Shown here: one piece after another, positions 31,604 to 41,098 of the stretch
How positions within the stretch are numbered: position 1 is the stretch's first letter
Layout of the letters: each line of letters opens with the position of its first letter
NCBI GenBank assembly: GCA_041674405.1
Contig: JBAYVT010000001.1
Location: 181,032-245,031, forward strand
Direction: 5' to 3'
Length of the DNA stretch: 64,000 nt
Source of the DNA: Patescibacteria group bacterium
Lineage (GTDB): Bacteria; Patescibacteriota; UBA1384; XYA2-FULL-43-10
Notes under the pieces: model-generated
The model's input: the letters and a program-made list of their open reading frames with translations, nothing else
Databases searched by the model: none
Told to the model about the DNA's origin: nothing
Made by a program: the position numbers and the translations under genes

Positions 31604-31832
31604 ATGCCACCTCCAGCGGAAGAGTAGTAACAAAAATACTCTACAATATATATTGTGATTTGTCAATATTAAGGCAACAATATTTTTATTAATAATAAAG
31701 GCACAATAGAACGATAAAACAAAAAGTTATCCACAAAAATTGTAGAACGCAGGGATTAAACTACCACCATCAATCAAAGAATAAATATTCCCTATTGCAT
31801 AAAAATGAAGATATTAAACTGGAACTCGTTCG

Positions 31833-34800
31833 CTATGGATTTGTAACTGTGATAGGAGTAGTTGCAGAAGCAGTCACCCCAGCACTATCTTGGACTGTCA
31901 CTTTGGCAGTATAGGTGCCGGCTGCAGTATATGTACAGACCCCGGATAGGGTTGGAGTGTCCTTAAGCACTCTGACTGGAGTAGTGTTGCCAATCTTACA
32001 GTAGTAGGAGTAGGTCTTAGTGCCTGTGGCGCCACCGGTGACATTTGAGGTAAGGGCAACTGTTTGAGTATTGTTTACAATCAAAGAGCTGGGAGTTGCA
32101 TTGAGCGTTACGGCGAGAGATGCGGGAGGAGCAGCTGCTTGCGTTGTACAACGTATTGTCGTCGTCGCCATTCTACCTGTAAGAATGTTGATTCCTGTTG
32201 GACGAGAGTTGACACACAATTTTCCAGTACCTCGCTGCCGAATTGAACTAATTAACTGGCTACCAGATGGGATATTTCGAATTATGAAGTAGCCTTGACC
32301 GTTTGTGATTGCGGCTTTCGGACCAATTTGGATGACGTAATTGGCGAGAATTGTTGAATCACTGGCGCTACGCAGCGTCCCCTGGACCGATCCTAAATTT
32401 GTGATGTGTAGGGCTGCTAAAGCACTATCTGCCCAATTATTTAAGGTTTGAATGGCGGAAACTACGGTCGCCCGTACTGAGCTTATTACGGGAGCTAGAA
32501 TTCTTTGATACTGAATACTTACTTTTTGAGATAACGGCAGTTTGTCGTAAGTACTCTGGATCCAAGAACCATTAGAAATCTGGGCGTAGGTATATGGGAT
32601 GCCGGTGACGCTTCCGCCAACCGATTTGAACACCTGGCCATCATCCGGGTCAACCCTACCGACATTGTCAGCAAACCATTGCCACATATACTTCATAATA
32701 TTTTGGCACGTACCAGTAGTATGGTCTCTAATAATCCCATGAAGCCGTCCGTGCTGCATGAAATAAGCCCAGTAAAAGCTTGCAAAGAATTCATTATCAT
32801 TGTCCCACGGGTGTCCTCCTGTATCCCCAGGCATCAGCTCAACATTCGAATCCGTTATCGCTCCCATCACACAACCTTTATCCGGTCCAGCCATAACCCG
32901 GTTGTAAAGATCGTTCCATGGTGCATATATACTTGGAGTTGAATTCCTAATTTTCTCATTAACAGCGTGGCCGTACTCATGGGCGATGGTAGCGCCAACA
33001 TCAGCACCGGTCGGGTCTGAAGCCAGTGAAAAGTCTAAAAGCTCGGTAGAAAAAATGATCGGCTTCACGTCTTTGCCAATTTTAGCGCAATTCCACATGC
33101 CGTTCCACTGGTATCCTTCAATTTTTCCCATTGGCAGGAAGCCAATCACAACAGGGCGGACATCCTTAGATTGTGACTTTAACCTACGGAGTGATTGTGC
33201 CGCTTCATCGAAAATTGAGCTATGCTGCCCATATATAGTCTTGGGCTTGAATATCATATAAATACCATCGCCGTAATCTTTTAATAAACTGTTGTCATCA
33301 GGGCTGCAAAGGTCTTCGACATCACCGAGACGAGTCCAGTTATCATAGCCTGGAGTAAATTCTACCGGCGGGGACTTGGCGTTGTGCTTATTTATTCCCA
33401 CGCGGTATGTGCCAGCGCTTGTCGGAACAAATTTGGCTGTTTCTTCTCCAAAATCATTGACGGCCAGAAAAGCCTTGTCGGCTGTCTTTGACCACGATCC
33501 GTCGGCAGTTTTCTTTTCCAGATAAAGGTCAGTATAATCGCAATCCTTGAAGTAGTCGTAGTTATAGACATATATTCCCGCCTGAGCTTCCAGGGCGGGG
33601 GCCTTTTGAAGAGTTAGGACGATGACCTTTGGTTGTTGTGTTTCGACGTCTTTTTCGACCACGGCGGTTGTATGTAGGAGTTTATATCCCTGTTTCAACA
33701 CCATGAGATCCAGCGGCTGTCCCTCGGCAAACCCTTGAGGCACAATCCCGGCAGGGGGAGAAATTGGCGTCCTGTTGGGCTGCAAATAGCTCGAATAACT
33801 CTCGTAAAGGCTAAAATCGTTTTTTAATTTTAAATCGAGACCAGAAGACGATGTTCCAATGTAAGCGGCATCTGTGAATCCGAGATTGGAAAAATAGTAG
33901 TTGTTAAGCTTATTTACCACAGTGGCCCCCGCAATTCTTTTACCACTCTCGTCAATAACTTTAATCGGTACGGGCGAAAACTCAGATTGGCCGGTGTCTA
34001 ATAGCATCAATAGATTCCTGGCGGCAAAATCTTTCTGTTGATCGAGGGTCAGCGAAAAATAATTTTGCGGTATTGTGAAACTTTGGGTTTTGGAAGCGCC
34101 ATTTTTTGTTGCTTTGGCAGTATAGGTTTTCCCTAATTCAAACGAAAAATTTGCCTTCCCTAACCAGTCGGTAATTTTTGTTTGAACGACACCTTGGCCG
34201 TTTAGCGTAACTTCGGCGTCACCGATGGCTTTAAGTGTTTTGGAGTCAGCCACCATAATCGAGGCCGGTAGACCTGATGTTATATATTTTTGCAAAGAAA
34301 GTGTAATAGAAATCTTGCCCGTAAGTCCTACATCAAGCGTGATACGGCTTGAAGAGTTTTGCAGATATCCAGTTTTGAAGGCATCAACAGTCAGGACACC
34401 GGTGACATTTGTAAAGGATGCATACCCAGAAGTGTCAGTATTTTTCGATATAGGATTTTCGTCAGAAATATTCCTTCGCACATTAACCTGAGCAGCGACG
34501 ATTGGTTTACTATCTTGATCCAAAACCTGAACTTTTATTTCGCGATCAAGTGTCTGCGCCCTTTGCAAATTTACAATAGTTTCGTCTCCTCGCGTGTTGG
34601 GATAGCCAATAAAATCGTAGTAACCCACCTTTGTGACCTTGATCATCGGTACTGGAGCACATCCGTGAAACTTCCACGCCAAATAATCGAAAATATCCTG
34701 GCTGTAAAAGTACGCTTTTCCCTGGGGATCCGTTATCTTGGAGGGCACATTCAGGTAGCTACATCCACGATCAAAGACGGTCACTTGAGCGCCGAGCACG

Positions 34801-36581
34801 GGGGAGGTTGGGTAAGTTCCGTCTTTCACTGCCACCTTGATGCCAAGATAATATATATCAAGCGATAGATCAGGAAGAGTGATTACGCCGTTTATAATCT
34901 CCGACTTCCTGAAGATTCTAATAGAGTCAGTATTATTTAGAAATTTCAAATATCCCGGAATCGTATAGGTTACTTTGTAGCTATCGGAGCTAATGGGAAT
35001 ATCTGCAATCTTGTAATTCGCGCCGTTGTTTGCATCAATCGAAGCCGCTTGAGATGTTGTGTTAAAGTGCTTATCGGTGCCAGAAAGCTGGATATCAACT
35101 CCAATTCCGCTAATTAATTCTCCAGTACCTTTCATCACAACTCTGCCTTGTGCCTTAAAGGTATTGGGCTCTGTTGCGGCGGGATCCGCTACGACTTGAG
35201 CGACTGCGGTCGCTCCGAGAACATCCCTCTCAATAATAACTTTGGGCTTAAACGTACCGCTGTCCGTATAGGTATGGCTGACCGTTTTGGTCAAATCCGT
35301 GACATTATCAAATTTAACCCCATATCTAGAATCAGCCGGATCACCGCAAACAGTAATAATACTGCTGATAAAATTGCCCTGATTGTCACAATTCCACCAA
35401 AAAGTATAGTTCAAAGTCCCTGTAGCGGTCCCGGAAGCGGTTGCGGTCAATGTATCAGACAAAGGCGCCGTTCCTGAAGTTGGGGTGGCAGTCAATGTAG
35501 CATTGAGTGTGGGGGTTGTTGGATTTGGTGTTGGATCCGAGACCGTAACATTTACCGAACCAGAACCAGAACCGGCGGAGCTCGTGCAAGTCAGAGAATA
35601 TATTGTGGTAGCCAAGGGAGAGATATTTGCACTGCCACTCAATGTATTATTCCACCACCCGCTTGGCGATGCGGTACATAGACTGAGTGTTGCATTTGTT
35701 ATTGTCCAAGTTAGTGATGTAGTTGTGCCCCTCTGCATCGTTACGGCGCTGGCACCGCCCGCTGTCTTAAGATTTACAATTGGCTTCGGAGAAGCCGTGC
35801 TTGCCATTATGAAATTTGCTTCCGAAGTAGCCCCGGAAGAAATAGTAACGGAACGGCTGGTGGGCTGAGAATTATATCCGGCCTTGTAGGCAGTCACAGT
35901 GTAATTACCGACAGGAATGTCTGAAATAGAATAATTGTAGAGCGTAGTACCGGAAGTAGTTGCAGTTTTGACGACAGTGGTTTGCAAGATATTTACCACA
36001 TCGTTGGATCCCAGAACATTAATAGTTACACCATCCAGATTCTTTTGAACACCATCGACGTAAGATGTTACTTGCCCATGCAATATTCCCATATTTGCGG
36101 AACAGGTAGCTGGGTCGACTTTTCCAACTTTAATAGTTGCGCTATTTCCGTATGTTCCCGGATCGTGCGTGCCCCAGGTGCCTTCCGGCGGTGGGCTATT
36201 ATTCCATGCGCCGCTTTCATAGCCTAAAAAACCATAATTGGTCACTGACCAAACTCTCTGTCCTGACCAAGGATAATCGATAAGATTGATAGTGTGATTA
36301 CTGTCCATTCGGTAATATACCCCCGGATTTCCTTCCGAGGTGTCGTTCGTCCCCGTATATGTATAATACCCGTTAAATTCCGCTCTGCCGGCATTACATA
36401 CTGTATATGTTTGTGGCCAAGCAGCTATTGTATCGGCCTTGATATGAAGAACATTAGCTAGCTTAGGAAAATATCCGAATTTGGCGGCTGCAATGGAGCC
36501 GGAAGCAAGAAGGACAAATACAAAAAGACCGGCGTAAAGTATTAGCTTGCGTTTTGAGATTTGTTTCAGGCGTTCGAACAT
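31833..36581 (-). CDS. giant secreted multi-domain surface protein with a central HExxH zinc-metalloprotease motif and repeated Ig/CARDB-like beta domains
   Basis: N-terminal signal-anchor. IAHEYGHAVNE motif. Long Thr/Ser-rich beta-repeat stretches at both ends. 1582 aa. Confidence 0.8.
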   Translation of the reverse strand: MFERLKQISKRKLILYAGLFVFVLLASGSIAAAKFGYFPKLANVLHIKADTIAAWPQTYTVCNAGRAEFNGYYTYTGTNDTSEGNPGVYYRMDSNHTINLIDYPWSGQRVWSVTNYGFLGYESGAWNNSPPPEGTWGTHDPGTYGNSATIKVGKVDPATCSANMGILHGQVTSYVDGVQKNLDGVTINVLGSNDVVNILQTTVVKTATTSGTTLYNYSISDIPVGNYTVTAYKAGYNSQPTSRSVTISSGATSEANFIMASTASPKPIVNLKTAGGASAVTMQRGTTTSLTWTITNATLSLCTASPSGWWNNTLSGSANISPLATTIYSLTCTSSAGSGSGSVNVTVSDPTPNPTTPTLNATLTATPTSGTAPLSDTLTATASGTATGTLNYTFWWNCDNQGNFISSIITVCGDPADSRYGVKFDNVTDLTKTVSHTYTDSGTFKPKVIIERDVLGATAVAQVVADPAATEPNTFKAQGRVVMKGTGELISGIGVDIQLSGTDKHFNTTSQAASIDANNGANYKIADIPISSDSYKVTYTIPGYLKFLNNTDSIRIFRKSEIINGVITLPDLSLDIYYLGIKVAVKDGTYPTSPVLGAQVTVFDRGCSYLNVPSKITDPQGKAYFYSQDIFDYLAWKFHGCAPVPMIKVTKVGYYDFIGYPNTRGDETIVNLQRAQTLDREIKVQVLDQDSKPIVAAQVNVRRNISDENPISKNTDTSGYASFTNVTGVLTVDAFKTGYLQNSSSRITLDVGLTGKISITLSLQKYITSGLPASIMVADSKTLKAIGDAEVTLNGQGVVQTKITDWLGKANFSFELGKTYTAKATKNGASKTQSFTIPQNYFSLTLDQQKDFAARNLLMLLDTGQSEFSPVPIKVIDESGKRIAGATVVNKLNNYYFSNLGFTDAAYIGTSSSGLDLKLKNDFSLYESYSSYLQPNRTPISPPAGIVPQGFAEGQPLDLMVLKQGYKLLHTTAVVEKDVETQQPKVIVLTLQKAPALEAQAGIYVYNYDYFKDCDYTDLYLEKKTADGSWSKTADKAFLAVNDFGEETAKFVPTSAGTYRVGINKHNAKSPPVEFTPGYDNWTRLGDVEDLCSPDDNSLLKDYGDGIYMIFKPKTIYGQHSSIFDEAAQSLRRLKSQSKDVRPVVIGFLPMGKIEGYQWNGMWNCAKIGKDVKPIIFSTELLDFSLASDPTGADVGATIAHEYGHAVNEKIRNSTPSIYAPWNDLYNRVMAGPDKGCVMGAITDSNVELMPGDTGGHPWDNDNEFFASFYWAYFMQHGRLHGIIRDHTTGTCQNIMKYMWQWFADNVGRVDPDDGQVFKSVGGSVTGIPYTYAQISNGSWIQSTYDKLPLSQKVSIQYQRILAPVISSVRATVVSAIQTLNNWADSALAALHITNLGSVQGTLRSASDSTILANYVIQIGPKAAITNGQGYFIIRNIPSGSQLISSIRQRGTGKLCVNSRPTGINILTGRMATTTIRCTTQAAAPPASLAVTLNATPSSLIVNNTQTVALTSNVTGGATGTKTYSYYCKIGNTTPVRVLKDTPTLSGVCTYTAAGTYTAKVTVQDSAGVTASATTPITVTNP

Positions 36582-36693
36582 ATCCCCTCAAACTTAAAAT
36601 CAGCTGAACCGTGATTCTATATGTATTATTGTAAACCCGAAATTAATATTTTGGAATAGTGGAGTATAATTTAAAAAATCAATTGGAGAAAAA

Positions 36694-37224
36694 ATGACCA
36701 GGGAAATTGTTTTCCGAAGATTGACCAAAAAGGAATCAGAAATACTAACAAACGAAGTTAGAAACACTCCGAATATTGTGGCAGTGCCGATCAATCGCTG
36801 GAGATCATTTGATAAGATGTTCGTATTTGAAGATGAAAAAGGGATAGGCGGTGTCTGCGCCTTGGATTATTTTGGCAAAGATTGGGCGGAAATTGCCGAC
36901 TTTATTGTTCTCCCCCGCCTTCGCGGCAAAGGAATTGGCAGAAAATTGTTCGATAAAGCGTTCGGGTATTTAAAGATTCATCAGTATAATATTTATATTG
37001 TGAGCAGAAATCCGTTAGTGATTGGGATGATGGAAAAAGCCGTTTTTAATATATATCAAAACTTTTTCCAGATGCCATGGCCGGTGATCTGGCATTCGAC
37101 CAAGAAAACGTTAAATCTGGCTGTAATGACCGAATTTGTACGGAAATTATTCGTTTTCAGGAAAAAAACATCCTTAGTATATGGAATATTAAGAAAGGAA
37201 GATTATGGGAAAAACTTGGACTGA
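36694..37224 (+). CDS. GNAT-family N-acetyltransferase
   Basis: Acetyl-CoA-binding motif LRGKGIGRKLF. Confidence 0.7.
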   Translation: MTREIVFRRLTKKESEILTNEVRNTPNIVAVPINRWRSFDKMFVFEDEKGIGGVCALDYFGKDWAEIADFIVLPRLRGKGIGRKLFDKAFGYLKIHQYNIYIVSRNPLVIGMMEKAVFNIYQNFFQMPWPVIWHSTKKTLNLAVMTEFVRKLFVFRKKTSLVYGILRKEDYGKNLD

Positions 37225-37663
37225 AAAATTGCATGATTCAAAAGACTTGCCAAAAACGGGAAAGCTGAACAAAAATGCCCGGATCCATTGGCATGGCGAT
37301 ACGATGACGGTGCCAGCACCGCTCGAGGTTGATGAAATAATGAAAAAAGTGCCGAAGGGCAAGATCATTACGATCAATGAAATCAGGCAGAAGATCGCAA
37401 AAAAGCATGGCTCAGATATCGCCTGTCCCCTAACATGCGGGATTTTTTCCTGGATTGCTGCCCACGCCGCTGAGGAACAACGCGAAGAGGGCAAAAAGAA
37501 CATCACGCCGTGGTGGAGAACATTGAAATCCGACGGATCGCTCAATCCCAAATTCCCCGGTGAATGCGATCTTCAGAAAAAGATCCTTGAGGACGAAGGT
37601 TTTACGATCAAGAAACGAGGTAAAAAGTATTTCGTCGAAGATTTTGAAAAATATTTGGCCTAA
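37205..37663 (+). CDS. alkyltransferase-like (ATL) protein: MGMT-family DNA-binding domain with the active-site Cys replaced (PWWR in place of PCHR)
   Basis: TPWWRTLKSDGSLN and QKKILEDEGF match the MGMT C-terminal domain apart from the Cys-to-Trp change. Overlaps the GNAT gene by 20 nt. Confidence 0.55.
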   Translation: MGKTWTEKLHDSKDLPKTGKLNKNARIHWHGDTMTVPAPLEVDEIMKKVPKGKIITINEIRQKIAKKHGSDIACPLTCGIFSWIAAHAAEEQREEGKKNITPWWRTLKSDGSLNPKFPGECDLQKKILEDEGFTIKKRGKKYFVEDFEKYLA

Positions 37664-37852
37664 ACCTTTCATCGCAACTAATTCCAATAATAGTCTCAAA
37701 TGCTTTAATACGTGCAGTATAAAGCATTTTTAACAATTTGGGGCTAAAAATCAAGAACCCGCCGGGGAGGGCGGGAACTTGGATACTTCTTCGGAGCGTG
37801 GAGCTCCAATTTGAGATTCGTGGAAAGAGGTACCCCGAAAAGCAGGATGGAC

Positions 37853-39097
37853 TTAGCCGGCCTTCAGGACCCTAGGCGGGTCATTGGCGAAGTAGTCGGG
37901 AGCCTCATTGATCAGGCAGCGAATGCCCGCGTAGTACCATGCTCCATATCGGTATAGCGGTTTCTCACTAATGACGACCTGGTCGTCACCCACAAGATCC
38001 GTTATTACTTGCTGAAGCTCTGGCTCCCCTCCACTCATGACCACTCTGCCGTCCGCGGTCTGATAGACGCCCATAGCCAGTGGATGGTGGATTCGTTTGA
38101 TCCGATGGAACTCGATGCCAGCGCGTATGGCCCGACGACGACACTCACGAAGCGTCGAATCAGGGTTGTACTTTGGCGGTTTTCTCTGTCCCTGGAAGCC
38201 AGACCAGATCAAGGGGTCAGCAAGCAGGTGCAAGCCACCTCGACGGTCTTCAATTACGGCGAAGAACCGATCGATGTGGTTGTCGGCGCCATAGCCCATC
38301 TTGCTCGCTTGTCCATCCAGGAAGGTAGCTGATACTTCCGGGAGTTCGAGCACTGCCATTCCCAGATCCTTGAGTGGCTGTATCGGCGGCGGTTTGAGCT
38401 CATAGCGATCTTCTCCCAACGCCTTCAACGTTTCTGGTCCAGGCATTTCGACCTTGTCGAACACAACTGCCAAAGACTGCCTGAAGAGTATCCGGCCGCC
38501 TTCGCCGTAGATACTGTCGACAACGTTGTTCTTTTCCACCCAAGCCGGATCGACGACCCGGCTATGTCGCGGATCGAGCACAGCTTGGAAGCGGTGCCAG
38601 CTCAGGTCCATCATCACCGTGCCATTCGGCAGCATGGTCCACAGGTCCCGAGGGAACCCTTGAACCAAGATGTCAATGTCCGGGAAGTTGATGGTCGGGA
38701 AAGGGCCACTCTTCATCGCATCGAAATACTGCTGGCCCAGAAGCTCCCTAAAGGCTAGCATCACCATGGGAGTCAAACCTGCCGCAGCCAGCATGGAATA
38801 GATCAGGGCCCATTCTTCCGCAGCTTCCTGAGCCATTCCCCGGAGAATCCCCATGAATTCGGGGTCTTTGGCGGGAAGAGCATAGCTGCGGCCCGGGACT
38901 AAACTGTACCGGGAAAACGTTGGAAGCGGGTACGGCGCAAACCGCTCGTCTTGCCCATACGGTCTCGTCTTGTAGACGTTTGATACGGCAAAATGCGGCA
39001 AGCCATAAACGTGAATCACGCAGATGCCCTCCTTTCGGGCTTCGCTTTGGGATAGTACGGCTACATTTGGATTACCACAATTTTTAGAAAATAGCAA
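37853..39097 (-). CDS. hypothetical protein (414 aa) encoded in a GC-rich island
   Basis: Long ORF. GC content is clearly above the flanks. No motif recognised. Confidence 0.55.
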   Translation of the reverse strand: MLFSKNCGNPNVAVLSQSEARKEGICVIHVYGLPHFAVSNVYKTRPYGQDERFAPYPLPTFSRYSLVPGRSYALPAKDPEFMGILRGMAQEAAEEWALIYSMLAAAGLTPMVMLAFRELLGQQYFDAMKSGPFPTINFPDIDILVQGFPRDLWTMLPNGTVMMDLSWHRFQAVLDPRHSRVVDPAWVEKNNVVDSIYGEGGRILFRQSLAVVFDKVEMPGPETLKALGEDRYELKPPPIQPLKDLGMAVLELPEVSATFLDGQASKMGYGADNHIDRFFAVIEDRRGGLHLLADPLIWSGFQGQRKPPKYNPDSTLRECRRRAIRAGIEFHRIKRIHHPLAMGVYQTADGRVVMSGGEPELQQVITDLVGDDQVVISEKPLYRYGAWYYAGIRCLINEAPDYFANDPPRVLKAG

Positions 39098-39309
39098 GGC
39101 TGGTTAAGTTCAAAATTATTTACGCTGCGTTTTCCAAAATATTTTATTTATCCACTTCCAAAGCGAAAAAAGTATTTGACAAAAATATTTCATTAGTGTA
39201 CAATATTACCAAGTTTGAGAGTGTAGGTGTGCTAAGAACTTTCGTTCAAATCCCCCGAGACAATCAAGCGGGTCGATTTAATTATCGCTTAGGAAAGCGA
39301 ACTGAAAAC

Positions 39310-39609
39310 ATGGATCAAGAAGTTGAAAAGAGCAACAAGCTCTATGTAGGAAATCTTCCCTACAATGTAGATGATCAGCCTTTCCGTGATGAACAGCTTA
39401 AAGCAATCTTCGCCGAAGCCGGCGAGGTTTCTGAAGCTACCGTTATCACAGAGAGAGAAACTGGTCGTTCTAAAGGGTTCGGATTCGTCACTTATGCTGA
39501 CGAAGCCACAGCCACCAAGGCTTTGGAAGAACTCAATGGAAAAGAAATTGGCGGCAGAGAATTAAGAATTTCTTATGCCCGACCAATGCGCGAGAGAGAA
39601 GACAGATAA
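39310..39609 (+). CDS. RRM-type RNA-binding protein
   Basis: RNP2 KLYVGNL and RNP1 KGFGFVTY. ATG at 39310. Confidence 0.85.
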   Translation: MDQEVEKSNKLYVGNLPYNVDDQPFRDEQLKAIFAEAGEVSEATVITERETGRSKGFGFVTYADEATATKALEELNGKEIGGRELRISYARPMREREDR

Positions 39610-39634
39610 TTTCGTCTACTTGACGCGAATAAAA

Positions 39635-39667
39635 GCAAAAATCCCCCAAAGGGGGATTTTTGCTTTT
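39635..39667 (+). terminator. rho-independent terminator after the RRM gene (GCAAAAATCCCCC-aaag-GGGGGATTTTTGC followed by TTTT)
   Basis: Perfect stem plus a T tract. Confidence 0.8.
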
Positions 39668-39789
39668 ATAATTGATTTTTTACGCCCAGTGCGTTAGTAT
39701 TGCGGTGCTCGCAGCAAGGCAACTTTCCAGTCCGGATCTGGCCGCCCCTCACGAAAATTCAACCGCCTATGGCGGAGGAGGAGCTGACC

Positions 39790-40143
39790 ATGACAAAGAG
39801 CTGGAGAATATTGCTAGAAGGTTTCGAGGCACTCGAGGAAAAAGTCCATCATGCGTTGTTCGAAGTCGCAGCAGCGCAAGAGGACGCAGATGCGGGATGG
39901 GACTCGTGGCTAGAGTGGGAAGAACTCGCGAAGCAGGTCCGGCGCGCAGCGCACGCCCGGGACCTCTCGATAGACGAGTTTGACTCGCTTTGCCGCACGG
40001 CCCGTCGGTACCAGAACAAGAGAGTGCATGACCTCTGCGTCGCACTCGAGATCGAGAGTTTCGCAGAGGAAGACGGCACCATGATCTGGGAGCAGTTTTG
40101 TGCTTTAGTTGGCAAACTCGAGCACCTGGCGCCAAGCCCGTAG
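39790..40143 (+). CDS. hypothetical protein (118 aa) encoded in a GC-rich island
   Basis: ATG is preceded by GGAGGAGG. GC-rich. No motif recognised. Confidence 0.5.
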   Translation: MTKSWRILLEGFEALEEKVHHALFEVAAAQEDADAGWDSWLEWEELAKQVRRAAHARDLSIDEFDSLCRTARRYQNKRVHDLCVALEIESFAEEDGTMIWEQFCALVGKLEHLAPSP

Positions 40144-40212
40144 GGAGCTCCGAGCCTTCAACGAGCGAGTCGGGCGGTCTGATGCATGGACCGCCCACAA
40201 TTTATTTTAGAC

Positions 40213-40980
40213 CTATTTCTTTAAGTTCTCACTCGACATAAACTTTTTGATGTCATTGATCGTAGACATGAATTGGGCAGGAAAAATGATCGTGGAATTT
40301 TTCTCTGTCGAAATTTCAGATAGGACTTGAAGGTTTCGAAGCTGCAGTGCAATTGGGTGTTTATTGATAATATCAGCAGCTTTACCAAGTTTGTCCGCCG
40401 ATTGAAATTCGCCTTCGGCAGCGATAATTTTTGCTCTTTTCTCCCTTTCAGCTTCTGCCTGTTTTGCCATCGCTCTCTGCATCGTATCAGGAAGTTGAAT
40501 ATCTTTGATCTCAACAGTTGTTACAATCACGCCCCAAGCTTCTGTATGGCTATCGATAATTTTTTTGATTTTTTGGTTAATTTTGTCCGTGTCAGAAAGA
40601 ACCTCATCAAGTGAAAATTGGCCCACGATATTTCTCACGGTCGTTTGGGCAATCTGGTTTACCGCCGCATAAACATTTTGGACGGCAACGATCGATTTGG
40701 TTGCATCTACCACATGGTAATAAGCCACGGCTGCCACATCAATCGAAACATTATCGCGCGTGATAATTTTCTGGGATTGAACCGGCATTGTAATTATCTG
40801 TAGAGAAATTTTGTAAAGTCGATCAATAATCGGAATAATCATCCGAATTCCTGGCTCTTTTTCTCCTATCACCCGCCCAAGCCTAAACCAGACTCCCCGT
40901 TCATATTGCTGAACTACCCGCAATGCCGCAGCGATTAATATCACCGCAATCCCGATCACATACCACCATACTATGCTCAT
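40213..40980 (-). CDS. SPFH/band-7 (stomatin/prohibitin-like) membrane protein
   Basis: N-terminal TM helix plus an SPFH core and a coiled-coil tail ([17 protein letters not shown]). Confidence 0.85.
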   Translation of the reverse strand: MSIVWWYVIGIAVILIAAALRVVQQYERGVWFRLGRVIGEKEPGIRMIIPIIDRLYKISLQIITMPVQSQKIITRDNVSIDVAAVAYYHVVDATKSIVAVQNVYAAVNQIAQTTVRNIVGQFSLDEVLSDTDKINQKIKKIIDSHTEAWGVIVTTVEIKDIQLPDTMQRAMAKQAEAEREKRAKIIAAEGEFQSADKLGKAADIINKHPIALQLRNLQVLSEISTEKNSTIIFPAQFMSTINDIKKFMSSENLKK

Positions 40981-41098
40981 TTTTTCCTTTCGTTATTGAT
41001 TAAAATGTAGTGCTAGTTTAGAAAAATTGCAATAGGCAGGACAACTAGAACAATCGCTTCGGCTTGGGTATAATACGGAAAGACAAAAGAAAGGAATT

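Noticed and set aside
31320-31620. GC-rich block considered as a structured RNA gene (RNase P, tmRNA or SRP RNA)
   Set aside because: No CR-I/CR-II/CR-V motifs, no tmRNA tRNA-like ends, and no SRP domain IV motif. The genuine RNase P RNA is at 49585-49915. The block is kept only as a compositional island with a weak ORF.
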